NCBI RefSeq assembly: GCF_009914755.1
Contig: NC_060936.1
Strand: one strand, 5' to 3'
Length of the DNA: 64,000 nucleotides
Origin: the human T2T-CHM13v2.0 reference genome, Homo sapiens
Program-made: the position numbers and the translations under genes
Shown here: in pieces, positions 13,980 to 26,250 of the stretch
How the letters are laid out: each line of letters begins with the position of its first letter
How positions within the stretch are numbered: position 1 is the first letter of the stretch
Notes under the pieces: model-generated
Seen by the model: only the letters and a program-made list of their open reading frames with translations
Told to the model about the DNA's origin: nothing
Database searches by the model: none

Positions 13980-14400
13980 ACAGAATTATGAGGTACAGTT
14001 TTAGAACTGAAGGAGTTGAAATGAGCCAAGTAGATATTTTAGGAAGAGTATTTTAATCAGAGGGAAGAGTAAGTACAGTTTAGAAACTGCAAAGTGGACC
14101 AAGTGGCTGAAATGGGGTGAGTTTAGGTGAGATTTGTAGGAGATACAAATCATGAAGGTAATCCAGAGGAATCTGATCTCAGAGGGGTTGGAACTTTGAT
14201 TTTTATTCTACTTCCAGTGGGAAACCATTGAAGTGCTTTGAATGAATGACATATCAGTTTTCTATTTAAGAAGGATTGCTTTGGTTGGTCGGTATAGACT
14301 TAAAAGTAGAAGCAGAGAGATTGGTGAGACGGTGGGACATAACCCAACAGAGATGTCATCTAGCTCGTTGTACATGATTTGAATTGGAGATGAAACTATG
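13980..14400 (-). mobile_element. L2 fragment
   Basis: 'gaactttgatttttattct...tgggaaaccattgaagtgcttt', 'gtagaagcagagaga'. Confidence 0.65.
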
Positions 14401-16429
14401 GGCAAAAGGAGACCAATTAGAGAATTTTACAAGAAAAGAACACACACAAACATCCAACAGGAATATATGTATTTTGAATCTCTTAGGTACAAGACTGGAT
14501 TCAGTACTAAAATTATAATCTCCATCATAATCCTACAGGGGAAGTTAAGTAGTCCCATATTACAGAACAGGAACATTGAGATGCAGGGAGGCTAAAGACT
14601 GTCACACGGTGGATTTGTTATTCTGAATCCTTCTATCATGACACCAAATTACTGCCTCAACAATCAGAGAAAGTGGCATTATGCTCCTCCAGCTGGGAAT
14701 AAATTAAAATTGACAACCAAAAAGTATGAACAACTCAAAAGTTTTGGAAAATCTCATCCATTCTCATGGGAATATCATCGGAGGTGGGGGGTATAAATCT
14801 ATGCATGGGTACATGGAACAAAGATACTCCGGGATTTCCCTATAAATTTCCCCCGACTGAAGTTGGCACTTTCCAACTTCTTAATAGCTCTGTGCTTTCA
14901 AGAATAGAGCAATTATGAGTTTAGACAACAAACAAATACAACGGGCATAGCATGGATTATTTGGCTCCAAATTAGTTCTTTTATCTCTTTATAGAACTCT
15001 TCACATTTTGTAATTGGATATTTGTTGTATTACTTAAGTTCTTTAAGGACAGGGACTTTGCTTTAACTGCAGTCACAACCCTAGTTTGTAGTACAGTATT
15101 TGATACATTTTCAGTACTAATGTGATATTCATTGAATGAAGTAACAGAAGACTATGACAAAATTCACTTGGGTTTCATGAGGTAGCCTGACTTTACCTTT
15201 CTTTGGTATTGTCCTTCCTTGTGAAAGAAATTCACATATGGATCCCTTCCCAATATTTTACTATTAAACTCAGGCCAATGACAAGAAGAAAACTGAAAGT
15301 ACATTTTGAGGACTGTGAAGGATAATCTTTCTGGAAACAAATGTAATAAGCTATTTATGCATATTCTTTTTTATTCTTTAAATATTCAATTGGCACCATG
15401 AACTTGAGTTCATTTCTGTATTGCCCTTACACAAAAGAAGTGAAGCACCATGAGCTTGACCTCTTCATTTCTGTATCTTACGTGAAAGAGGGCTTGGTTC
15501 ATAGCCTCACAGGATATTCTTAGTAAATATTTGTTAAATGAATGAGTAAATCCTGTTAGGATTATGTATCCATTCAAAGCTCTGAAAAATACAAAAGCTA
15601 TAAGGTGATAATAGGTTTAAAAAAATGCAGCTGCTGTCATGGGGCAAATGTTAGTTTTTATATTGTTCCTTGCCTTGTAATGACAATCGTAGCACTTAGA
15701 TATTTAGGTACTTCTTTGGACCTGCCTGAACTTTCTTTGATATGTGAAATTCTCCTAGTCATAAGCTAAAGTTTGAATATGAAAGTTATTCAGAGAAAGA
15801 ATATAGCTGCGATAGAACAGTGTGGGCCTTGCAGAATTTTTTAGTAAAGTGAAAAAAAAAAAAGCCTTTTCAAAGCCCAGCAGTTGCTACTATGTATTTG
15901 ACCCACTGTTTCAGCCTGCAATTTCATATGTTGTGCAAACTCTAATAGAATATAACACCACCAAGAGAACAGTGTTCACATGCTGAACCTTGCCTCTTGC
16001 TGATAGAATATAAAGAGCAAAGAAAATTTTAGGCTGAGACTTCAGCTTCAAAAGACAAAACATGTAGGTTGCCTCTAAGCAGGAGTGAAACATACATTTC
16101 AATGGAAAAATGGGATGTCAGAGGTCACAACTGCTGTGGAACACATCTCAAGGAAGAATCAATATCAAAATGATCATTAAAGGTACCATGGAGTTCACAG
16201 AGGCCAGAGCAATAACACTTCAGGATGCTGAAAAAGAGGGAAGAGAGGAAAAGTTTTCCTGTGTGCTGGGTAAATGTGCTTTTATTTTTACCCTTGAATA
16301 TAAAACACAGTGGCAAAAAAAAGTTATTAAAAGGGGTATAAAACTACAAATGTTCTTTCTCTTATTGAGCAAGATGGTCCTAACAAGTACTCATTAGATA
16401 ATACTCTGTTCTGAAGAATACACTTCCAT

Positions 16430-16830
16430 GATTGAAGTGGATTTTATGTGGAGTATTGGACGGTAAGGGGGAGGAATTGAATATATCAGTTGAAACTCTT
16501 GCTTGGGCAACTGGTTGATTGGTGCTACCATTCACTGAGTTAGGAAAGGCAGGAAAATGAACTGATTCCTGTGAAAGATAAGAGGTTTTGGGGGCATGTT
16601 CTGGTTGGGGTATATTGTTTTGTTCATTATCCAATAACCAATGCCCAGCAATGTCATGACATCTAGAAGTTGCTAAATATATATTTGTTAAATAAATGAA
16701 TGATATAAACGGAGCTGTTAAAGACATAGTTTGAGAGACTTGGGCTGAATAGATTTGGGAATCATTAGTACTCAGGTGATAATTCATGGGAATTTAAAAA
16801 GATCACATACAATCACATACAGAGAGATAA
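16430..16830 (-). mobile_element. L2 fragment with an opposite-strand L2 3' end embedded (~16610-16700)
   Basis: 'gcttgggcaactggttgattggtgctaccattcactgagttagg', 'atagatttgggaatcattagt'. Confidence 0.55.
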
Positions 16831-17159
16831 GAACCAATGATAAACTTTTAAACTTCTCTATGTTACTGGCAACAATTTTTCTCTCTGTAGTCCCTAGAGT
16901 TGAACAGACACATTTCAAGCCTTATCCAAGTTTAGGACTTTTGGAAAGCATTGCAGTTGCGAATAAGAGAATGTGCTTGGAATCTTACTCTTGTGCATTG
17001 AAGAAGGATAAGAAACAGGAAGAAGTAGAAGAATAAGGTAAATATTTTGAGTCTCTGCTGATACAATGTGCGATTATAGCTTTCACAGCTATCTCACTTA
17101 ATTGCTATATCAATTGTATGAGGAAAGGAAGGCAGACATTAAGCTGGTATTCACCATAT

Positions 17160-17248
17160 AAGACTGTTCTGATTGGTCACACTTCTTTTCTGATTGGTAT
17201 GTGCCTGTGCCTTAACTAATTGATAAATATTTTGAGTTTAACCCTTGG
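17160..17248 (-). mobile_element. MER63-like hAT-Blackjack fragment inside a MIR (~17080-17350)
   Basis: 'tctgattggtatgtgcctgtgcc...taaatattttgagtttaacccttg' resembles the MER63 terminus. Confidence 0.55.
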
Positions 17249-18789
17249 AGGCAGAGGCATTGTTGACCACATTTAACAAATGAGGCACAGAGACTGAAAG
17301 TCCAAGGTCATAATGTTTGTAATTATTTTAGCGGAGATGTGAAACTACTGGGCATGTATGTCATCAAGCCAAGAGCAGCCCTTAACTTCTCCCTCTGAGC
17401 ATTCAATTATTTCTCCTTTAGCCAATGGCAGAGAAGAAACTTTTTAATAGAGGGCCAAGAACTCTGTATATGTAGACGGTGGTCTCTGTCAAGTTCACCT
17501 CCTAGGCGAGTCTCTTCTTAGTGGGCCAGTGGTTGTTTCTAGTTAGAGCTCCCCACAACATATCATAGGCATTGTTTAGTTCTGTGGAGTCATCTTGTAT
17601 CCCATCTGGTGTACCCTCTTATGTTAGCCTTTAAGTTACTGAATCTAAAAAGCATGATTAAAACTGGCTACCTTGTAGTTGCCCTCCAATAGGTATCAAA
17701 TACATTTTAAACACAGAACTTTCTCACAAATTTATTTTATGTAACAAATATCTACAAAGCTGACTTTTGTTGTCTATCCTTTTTGAAGTCTAGAATTACT
17801 AAGTTTTAAATGTGTAGATAATCATGAAAGTGGTGCGTCAGTAAAATGCTGAATAGCATAGTTAAATGGGATCTGGAATTGCTCTGATGGGGAATGTTCA
17901 GAGACAGAGATGACAGCTACTTAAAGGGACTCATTTAGGTAATTTAAATTGCTTGCATATTGTGTATAAAACATTCTATCTTCTTTAATAATGAGCAACA
18001 AGTTGAAAGCCTAATGGAGTAGGCAAGACTGAAGTCCCATTTATGATGAATCCTTTGATAAATCAGCCCTAAAATTTACATTTTATCTTTCGTATTCTTA
18101 AAAGTAGATAAGCAGAAAATTTTTTGGAATTAGTTTTAACAAAACCTTTTGATTAAAATTTTCTTTGTTGAAACTTATCTCAAAGATTTTTTAATAGTTA
18201 AAATCAAATAACAGAACATTAGATTTGGAGTCATTTTTCTCTGCAAGAGCTCATAGAAATATCCTTTTAAAAATATTTCAGCTAAAAAATCAGCTATAAT
18301 GGCAATAACAGTATCATAAACACATTTTTAATTAACATTGCATTAATTAAGAGCACATAGATTAGAATCTAAGAAAATGTATGCCCATGAGTTTATTTGC
18401 AGGTGTATTAGTGCAAGTTTATCAATATTTTAGTAGTTTTAATTATTTCACAGAGATTTAGAATCTACTCATTAGAGTCTGATGAGCACAGGGACTATCT
18501 GGAGAAAGTGTGAGTTATATCCTGAAAATATCTCTAACATCAGTTCCAGTTGTGGCCTATAAATAGTATCAATCTCTCTATCTCCCTCTCCTTCCACATC
18601 TGATAATTCTGAGGACCAATATATTCTAAGTAAATGATTTTATATTATATTTTCTTTCTCCTCTTGAAACTTTATTGGTTTAATCCAAGGTCTCATATTT
18701 TTTTTCTGACACTCAGCATTCCATTTCCCATTTTTTGCCTTTTTAACAAGGGTACCAAATTCCCCTAGCTACAGTCATTTTTTTTCCAG

Positions 18790-19259
18790 TGGGTATTTAG
18801 CCAGTCCTGACCAAAGTCCCCCTGCTCCCCACTCCCACACCCCAGCACAGCAATTTGTTCAGGGATGGGACTGTCACTCAAATTGGTGCAATCAGACTGA
18901 ACCTTGGGTTGTGTAATATGGTTACAGAGAAGAGGCACTCTCATCCTGCACAGAGTAGAACTTGGGAGGATGTGGCCCTGCAGCAGATGGTAGCTGTCTG
19001 TTCACTTGAAAGAGCTATGGAAAATTGACACTTTCCTTTTGGATTAGAATTTGAAGAATATAGCTAGAGGTCTCTGGCAGCTTTCTTGCCACCAGGTGGA
19101 GCCTGAGATAAAACCATCATGAAGGAAAGCAGAGATGTCAGATAGAATGAGTCCTGGGAACCCAATGTGAACTCAGTAACTGTTTCATGAAGTTACCCTC
19201 ATGAGACAATTTTACTTGAGATTTCTGTAGCTTGTGACCAATGGATGCTAACTGATCCA
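18790..19259 (+). mobile_element. MLT1K/L-like MaLR LTR
   Basis: 'ttcagggatgggactgtcactcaaattggtgcaatcag'; 3' end 'ttctgtagcttgtgacc...ctaactgatcca'. Confidence 0.65.
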
Positions 19260-19594
19260 TCTTTAGTCAAAAGTGCAGATTCCGTATCACGAAGTTCAAG
19301 TTGCTTCACAATGAGCATTTGATTACTCTCTTCGGTGTCAGCTGTCACTCTGTTCCATAGCCATACAGTTTACTGCCAGACAAGCTGAATGTCTCACCAT
19401 TTGCCCATCCTTTCATGATATTTTGCCTTTGTGTACATGGTAAATTCCCACTCATTTTTTGATCAGCTCAAATATACATTTTCCAATAATATTTTCTCTA
19501 ACTCTCCAAGGATGAATTATCTATTCTCTGATTCTCTAAGGATTTTGCTCATATTTTGGTTACTGTATATAGTAAGAAAAAAAATTGTTTAATA

Positions 19595-19876
19595 CTCACT
19601 CTCACAACTTTTCTGATACCAAATATGAGTAGGGGTTCCCACACCAACCAGTTCTTAGCTGACACCAGTAATTTAACTCACTTCTTACACTAACTACCTG
19701 GAGTTAGCACAGACCCCACAGATTAAGGGCTCAGTCCCATAAAACTACCCTCATTTCTCTCACCAGTCACAAGTCCAGAGCCTCCCGTACTGACAAGCTA
19801 TTAAACAGGAGTTCTCACAATCCTCTCTTTGGGTTTGATAATTTGCTAGAGTGGTTCACAGAACTCAGGAAAACAG
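19595..19876 (-). mobile_element. MER21C-like LTR fragment
   Basis: 'ctacctggagttagcacagaccccacagattaagggctcagtccc', 'ataatttgctagagtggttcacagaactcaggaaaac'. Confidence 0.8.
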
Positions 19877-20062
19877 TGACTTAATGAAACTGCCATAAAA
19901 AACCTTAAACAATAGGGTTTAGAGAGTTCCCAAGCTGTTGCCACATAGAGGTACTGTGAGGGTGGCATGCCCAGAGAGGGCATGGAAGCCCCATGCACTC
20001 TCCCTACCACATCTTACCCTATGCATCTCTCTCATTTGCCTGTGTCCTTTATAACAAAATAG
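19877..20062 (+). mobile_element. MER21A/B-like LTR fragment, opposite orientation to the preceding piece
   Basis: 'gagggtggcatgcccagagagggcatggaagc...ccctatgcatctct'. Confidence 0.7.
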
Positions 20063-20135
20063 CATATGCATTGTTTTTATGCATCTCTCTCATTTGCCTG
20101 TGTCCTTTATAACAAAATAGCATATGCATTGTTTT
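20020..20135. repeat. Perfect 58 bp tandem duplication
   Basis: 20020-20077 is identical to 20078-20135. Confidence 0.95.
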
Positions 20136-21232
20136 GTACTGTATTTATGAACTGGAAACTGTGTGTTATTAAAGACACTAGAGGTTACAGCAATGCTATC
20201 AGAGTAGCAAGAAGAAAAGTCACTGCGTCTCTTAATAATCTGTTGACAGATTTAGACCTGAGAACATTTTGTGAATTAGGTTAAATGTGCTAACATTTTG
20301 AAGAAACTGAAGGATTAACTTTTAAGCTCATTAGATCTGCAAATGGCTAAGAAATAATGCCTAGCTACTAAAAATAGATCAATTTCTTTTTCCTGAAGGC
20401 TTCAAATGGCATGTTTATTAAGTGTGCACTTAGAAATTTTTTCATTTATGTTTATCTGGTTTTTGCCTTCTTTAAAACATTTCTGAAATTGCCTGAACAC
20501 AACACAGAAATGTTGCAAACGCACACTCTCACACCTCTAATTTCCTACCTTTGAAATAAATATTAAAATGGTGTTCATGTTTGATTTAGGTACATCTGGC
20601 TGGGGCTCAGAGTATGGCCATTCTCTCCAAATTGTTTTAATTTTTTCATAACTAAGAATTTGGAGAAGTTAACAGACATAAGTTTAGGTAATTAAGTTGT
20701 ACTGCTAATTAGGAATAGTGGTAGACTATGTGAATGATGACTTACAAAGGTCATAAGTGAAAATTAAGGGGCATGTGAAATAAACTTAAACTGAAAGTAT
20801 AAGTTTAACAGGGAAATGGATACCCTACATAGGATACCATATATACCACACGTTTCTATTTATACTTGCAGTTCTACCCATTTAAATAATTTTAAATCAA
20901 TGCATTCTTTAAAAAAATTAAGATAATTGAAAACAGTGTTTATCTAACAAGGTTGCTGGCACAGTACTTTCTAAAGCAAGAATTACCGATTTGTATTATG
21001 TATTTAAGTAGTAGGGAAACCTCTAAACTGCAAATTAAGACAGTTTTAACTCAGAATTCTCTTCTTCCAAATTGCATTATTTAGAATAAATTTTAACTAT
21101 ATTCTCTACGTGTTATGTGAAACAATACTCCACTGGACTAATTCTTTCTTTGGGGGTGGGGGAGTAGCAAAGGAAGTTTTGGCTTGCTATCAGCCACATG
21201 GGTACAAGTACATAAATAATTTAAAGTCAGGT

Positions 21233-21518
21233 GGTCGGCTATGGTGGCTGATGCCAGTAATCTCAGTGCTTTGGGAGGCTGAGGCGGAAGGATTGCTAGA
21301 GGCCAGAAGTTTGAGGTATGCCTAGGCAACAAAACTAGACCCTCTGTCTTTACAAAAAAGAAAAAAAAAAATAGCTGGTGGCTATGGTATGTGTGTGTAG
21401 TCCCAGCTACCCGCGAGCTAGAGGCTGCAGTGAGCTATTAATATGATTGTGCTACTGTGCTCCAACTTGGGTGGCAGAGCAAGACACTGTCTCTAAAAAT
21501 TATAATAATAATTTTTCA
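21233..21518 (+). mobile_element. AluJ (degenerate, deletion in right arm)
   Basis: 'ggattgctagaggccagaagtttgag', 'gaggctgcagtgagctat'; TSD aaagtcagg at 21223-21231 and 21519-21527. Confidence 0.9.
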
Positions 21519-22628
21519 AAAGTCAGGAACATAATAAGCAGGTTGTTGTGACATCCCTTTTCCCCTTTGGCACAGCCTTCCCACGGACACCATTCCCTGC
21601 TCCTACCTTCAAAATCTTGGAGTGTGGGAGTCAGGAGTCACTTCTTGGCAGCTTCTCCCTGGGCTGCCAAATCTGCCTCTTTCTGATCAGCCAGGAATAT
21701 GGCTTGCTCCTTCTGGAAAGCTGCCAGCATTAATGAAATCATGTTTGACTCTTACGGTTTTGTTTCTTTACTTGAGACTCAAGACAAATTTGAGATGGTG
21801 ATCTCCTCTCTTTTTTCCCCTACACATTTACCATGCTACACCCATGCCTGTATAATCCAGTTTAGTTTGAAGAGAGAGCATATACCTTTATTTTCCTTTT
21901 TTTGGTCTTAAATATACATCTTTATTTTCTGGTTAAATGGATAGGATTTCTAGTTAAGTAGATAAATAAATGATTGCATAAATGTATGAATGAAATAAAG
22001 GTTACGTCAATAAAAGAACTGCAGTACTGACCAATGGATCTCCCGAATTGCTCTTTCGGTAAGGGAACAATTATTTAACCCTAACTGACTGTAGATGTCT
22101 CCTTGGAACTCAGCCTTTGACATAGATCCTGAATGAACCACATGATGAGCTTTAAATAGTCTGCTTAAATTGATTAAGATAGTAAGTGTTTGCTGGCTTT
22201 TCTGAGAAGATTATAAATTATTTTTAGAAAAACACAAAAATCAGGTTGAGAGAGAGACGGAGAGATGCTTCAATTGGGCAAAGCTTTCTGGAGAAGTACA
22301 TTAGAAAAATATATGTGATGAGGCCCATCCTCCCTGTGTAACTACAACAGTGGTTATATCTGGATAGCATCATTTCACATAGGTTTATTTTCTTCCTTTT
22401 TGTTTTCCTATTTTATTAGATTTCTGTGTTTTGCTTTTGCAATCAATGAAAAATAAAATTGAAATTAAAATATTTTAAATTAAAAATATCTGCTGTCTCG
22501 CAGATAGCTATAAGCAAAGATCTCATCGTTAAGAAATCCTGTTCTACATTTAGAATTCTCTCTTAAACTACAGAAATGACAATTATTTCCTATTTAGTTA
22601 TGACTCTAGGAGATAAAGGTTTAGGGCA

Positions 22629-22875
22629 CAGTTTCCCAAATTATGTTCAATAGATTATTAATATTCTGAAAGTTTGCTAGTAGGCATTCCTTAAAACCAG
22701 GATTCTATAATCAAACGAGTTTTAGAAACTTGAACTTAACTGAACTTAAAATTAACAGGCTTATTTTACAGCTAGTTTCTCAGAGACATTTCATGTAATA
22801 ATATGCCTTATGATTTCTCCAGGAGGAGATACAATGTGTAATGTTCCCTAAAGCTCTTTCACTAAGAACTTTTCT
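22629..22875. mobile_element. Charlie4-like hAT fragment
   Basis: 'cagtttcccaaattatgttc...ggattctataatcaaacgagttttagaaac...tctcagagacattt'. Confidence 0.55.
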
Positions 22876-22963
22876 TACCCAGAATTTTCATTAACACATG
22901 GCATAATACAATTTGTGGAAAAAATATAGTGGAAGGTTTCTGCTGCTGCATTCAAGTGGGACC

Positions 22964-23009
22964 TAATCCTGTGCAATGGTTGCTTGTAATCCTGTGCAAT
23001 GGTTGCTTG
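22964..23009. repeat. Perfect 23 bp tandem duplication
   Basis: taatcctgtgcaatggttgcttg x2. Confidence 0.95.
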
Positions 23010-23192
23010 TTTCCAATTTTGCTTTCACATGGCTTTGGTTCACTTTTTACCATTTCTTCATATACTTAAGCATAAAATTATCTTTCATGTTTTCTATTTA
23101 TATCTGGGAGGTAGAAACAAGATACTTTTTTTTACAGAAAGGATATGTTGTTATGAATTGTACTCTCTCATAATACACACCCAGAGAATTTG

Positions 23193-23508
<316 letters not shown>

Positions 23509-23856
23509 ATTTATTATCAATCATATATGATAAGCATACAAAAAAAAAGCATAAAGAAGACTTTAATGGATACCTGTGTAAGCACCAGATTTTAGAAACA
23601 AAACCTTACAGTCAAGGTGAAGTTCTCTAGTCCTCTCCTGATTCTCACCCATTAAAAGTTGGCATCTGTTGAATTTGAATACTTTAAATACATATTTTTA
23701 TATTTCTAAGACATGAATGAATGGTATGGGTGGCAAACTCACAATCTGTTGGTGTGGGATTTTTTTGTATTGTTTAAGGCTTACAATGAATTAAACCTTA
23801 ATTATAATGACTTATAAATGTCCCATTATTTATTATAAATATTCCATTGGTTCCTG

Positions 23857-23998
23857 AGAAACATCTATTTTCCAATGTTTGAATGTTCTATACATGTTTA
23901 TGATATATGAATATATGCTTTTATCCTAGAAACATCTATTTTCCAATGTTTGAATGTTCTATACATGTTTATGATATATGAACATATGCTTTTATCCT
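23857..23998. repeat. 71 bp tandem duplication (1 mismatch)
   Basis: 23857-23927 vs 23928-23998 differ only at aatatatg/aacatatg. Confidence 0.95.
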
Positions 23999-23999
23999 A

Positions 24000-24860
24000 T
24001 TCATTTTTTCCACAGACCTATCAGCTACTGAGAGGAATGTTTTAAAATCCATGTCCACGTGCAGAAACTTTCTTCATTTTGAATTAGTGTTGTCAGCTGC
24101 TTCTTGTAATTCTCTTACTTTTGTCATTTAAAATCTATATTAAGTGCAAACTATTTAGAATTATGTAATCCTTATGATTTAAAATTTTAAATTAGCTGTG
24201 TTTCAATTTATCTTCAGTAATTTTTTTAAAGTCTATTATGTTTGATAGTAGACTATATATAGCTATATCTGATTGTTACAACCCTTAATTTTTAATATTT
24301 CTGATTATTTATGTTTAAAAAGTGTCTCTTATAAATTCAATATAGTAAATCTTTTTAATCCAATGTGAAAATACCTGTTTTAACTGATAATTTTACTTAA
24401 TATTTACTGTTTATCAATATACTTGCATTTAGTATTATTAGACCTAGCTTTCAATATTGATGTTGCTTTTTCTTTTTAATATTAGAGTACCTCATTTGAA
24501 ATGCTTGAGATATTTATATATGTGTTGCTCTACTGGTTTGTAAGTTATACCTTGATTTTTAATCAATGGCCATAAACATTTAACATGCATATTTAACTAT
24601 GTCTAAAGTAAATTAATATTTCTAAGCTTCTTCTGAACAATTTAGTAATTTTTTTACACCCAACAACTTTTTCAGTTTACATATTATTGTTTCCCAGTCT
24701 TTTAATTGTAGCAGAACAATTTTGGTTTTAGCCCCCAAATTATTATTACCATTGCATTATACATTTATTGCTTGTTTAGATGCATCCACATATTTATGAT
24801 TTTCTTAGGTCATCAATCTAGGTTGTCTTCTGGATTTTATTATTTTTTCTGTCGACAGTC
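24000..24860 (-). mobile_element. Ancient L1 (L1ME/L1M5-like), ORF2 5' region
   Basis: 'tactgagaggaatgttttaaaatcc', 'ttaaagtctattatgtttgata', 'aagtgtctcttataa...tttttaatccaatgtga'. Confidence 0.6.
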
Positions 24861-25009
24861 TACTTAAATTTATTTGTTTCTGTGATGGGCCTAGAGATTG
24901 ACAGAGCACACTGATTATTGGGTTTCTAAGTCATCTTATACTTGGGAAGCTTCAGCTCAGTGCGCAAGCCTCTGTCTATTACAGACAAATCACTGCCATG
25001 CCATCCTCT

Positions 25010-25045
25010 GAAACTCTAAGAATTTAAGAAACTCTAAGAATTTAA
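25010..25045. repeat. Perfect 18 bp tandem duplication
   Basis: gaaactctaagaatttaa x2. Confidence 0.9.
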
Positions 25046-25160
25046 AAGTGATTTAACCCCAAAAGTAGTGGATAATTTTGATACTAGCTCTTCCCTGCCT
25101 TCACCTCCACCTCCACCTCTTGCCTCCCATTCATGATCCCCCCCATTCCTTTATTGACAA

Positions 25161-25619
25161 TGTCAGATACAAAAGAAGTTCCTCTTCAAAGGTTTGGCTT
25201 GTTAAGCACCCTTGTTCTTTGTTCTCTACTTCCAAGGGCAGACAAACTTCCTTATCCTTTGTGCCTGTCTTAGTTTCAGTAAACAACCTTCCCACTGGTC
25301 CTTATCTACAGAGACCACATCTGCTACCCACTCTATAAATTACTCCTACTGTCACAATAGCTCTTCCCACCAAAAATGCCCTTCTTGCCAGTGTAACCAC
25401 TTTCCTGCACCTTTCAAGTTAGCCAATCGAGTTCAGCTTAGATTGTGCGGTTCAACTTCAGCCAGTGGAGGGATAAAAACCCCCTTCCCTCCTTTGTTCA
25501 GTGCACTCTCGTCATGACCAGACTTGTAAGCAGCACTCTTCTGCAGAAGTAAATTTTGCCTTGATGAGAAATCCTTTAACTGCTCATTTTCTTTGTGACT
25601 CCAAGCTCTACTTCCAACA
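25161..25619 (+). repeat. 5' LTR (LTR10 family)
   Basis: TG...CA termini (tgtcagatac...ttccaaca); GATAAAAA TATA-like box and AGTAAA polyA-like signal; homologous to 33269-33739. Confidence 0.92.
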
Positions 25620-25623
25620 ATTC

Positions 25624-25641
25624 TGGGGGCTTGTGTGGGAT
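25624..25641 (+). other. Primer-binding site, tRNA-Pro type
   Basis: TGGGGGCTTGTGTGGGAT matches the canonical Pro PBS TGGGGGCTCGTCCGGGAT at 15/18; starts 4 nt after the LTR end. Confidence 0.85.
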
Positions 25642-26131
25642 CCCATTCTCCTCCAGGGAAGGGTCTCTGGTCACCTCCTGGGAGGAGACATGTCACACTG
25701 CCTCATTGCTTTGGCCTCAGGGGCTGGAGATCAAGACCTACCCATTGTGATGAATAAATCCAGGCTCTCAGCAATGCAGGGAGAAAAAGTTTTGTCTATC
25801 AACACTGCAGCAACCAGGTAATTCTGTGCACAGACCAAGGTAAGAAAGAAACGTTGCAGGGGCAACAAAGTATCTCCTTGGGGGTTGGGGATATCTTGGA
25901 GGTTTAAAGTGCATGAATGGTAACAAGCACTACTGCTGTGTGAAGTGAGTCCAATCTGCAGTTCCGTGGTCACCTCGTACAGCTTAGTGCAGCCCTTCGG
26001 GGGTCCCCTCAGGGATTTATACTGACCTGCCAATTCTAAGAGGAACCTGAAATATTCCCTCTGGGGAAGTGGCCAGAGAGGATGAAACAAAAGGAGAAGA
26101 ATGCAAGGAACCTGCAGCAGGTGGGGTTAAA

Positions 26132-26242
26132 CCTCTAGAGAAGGGAAGGCAAGAAATCTCTAGTACAAGGGATTATGCCTCAGCCAGCCTCTAAAGAAGG
26201 GAGGGCAAGAAATCTCTAGTATGAGGGATTGAGCTTAACCAG
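26132..26242 (+). repeat. ~56 bp imperfect direct repeat x2 in the proviral leader
   Basis: cctcta(g/a)agaaggga(a/g)ggcaagaaatctctagta..agggatt starting at 26132 and 26188. Confidence 0.85.
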
Positions 26243-26250
26243 CACCCAAG

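Noticed and set aside
15393-15491. Imperfect ~52 bp duplication (gcaccatga.cttga...ttcatttctgtat)
   Set aside because: Old, diverged duplication within an L2-like 3' end; no sign of function.
16110-17036. 95, 135 and 93 aa ORFs in AT-rich DNA
   Set aside because: No recognisable domain; partly L2-derived; lengths are compatible with chance.
9450-19876. LTR fragments at 9.5 kb and 19.6 kb as ends of one provirus
   Set aside because: They look like different families (MER31-like vs MER21-like), and the DNA between contains L2, MIR and hAT fossils rather than retroviral genes.
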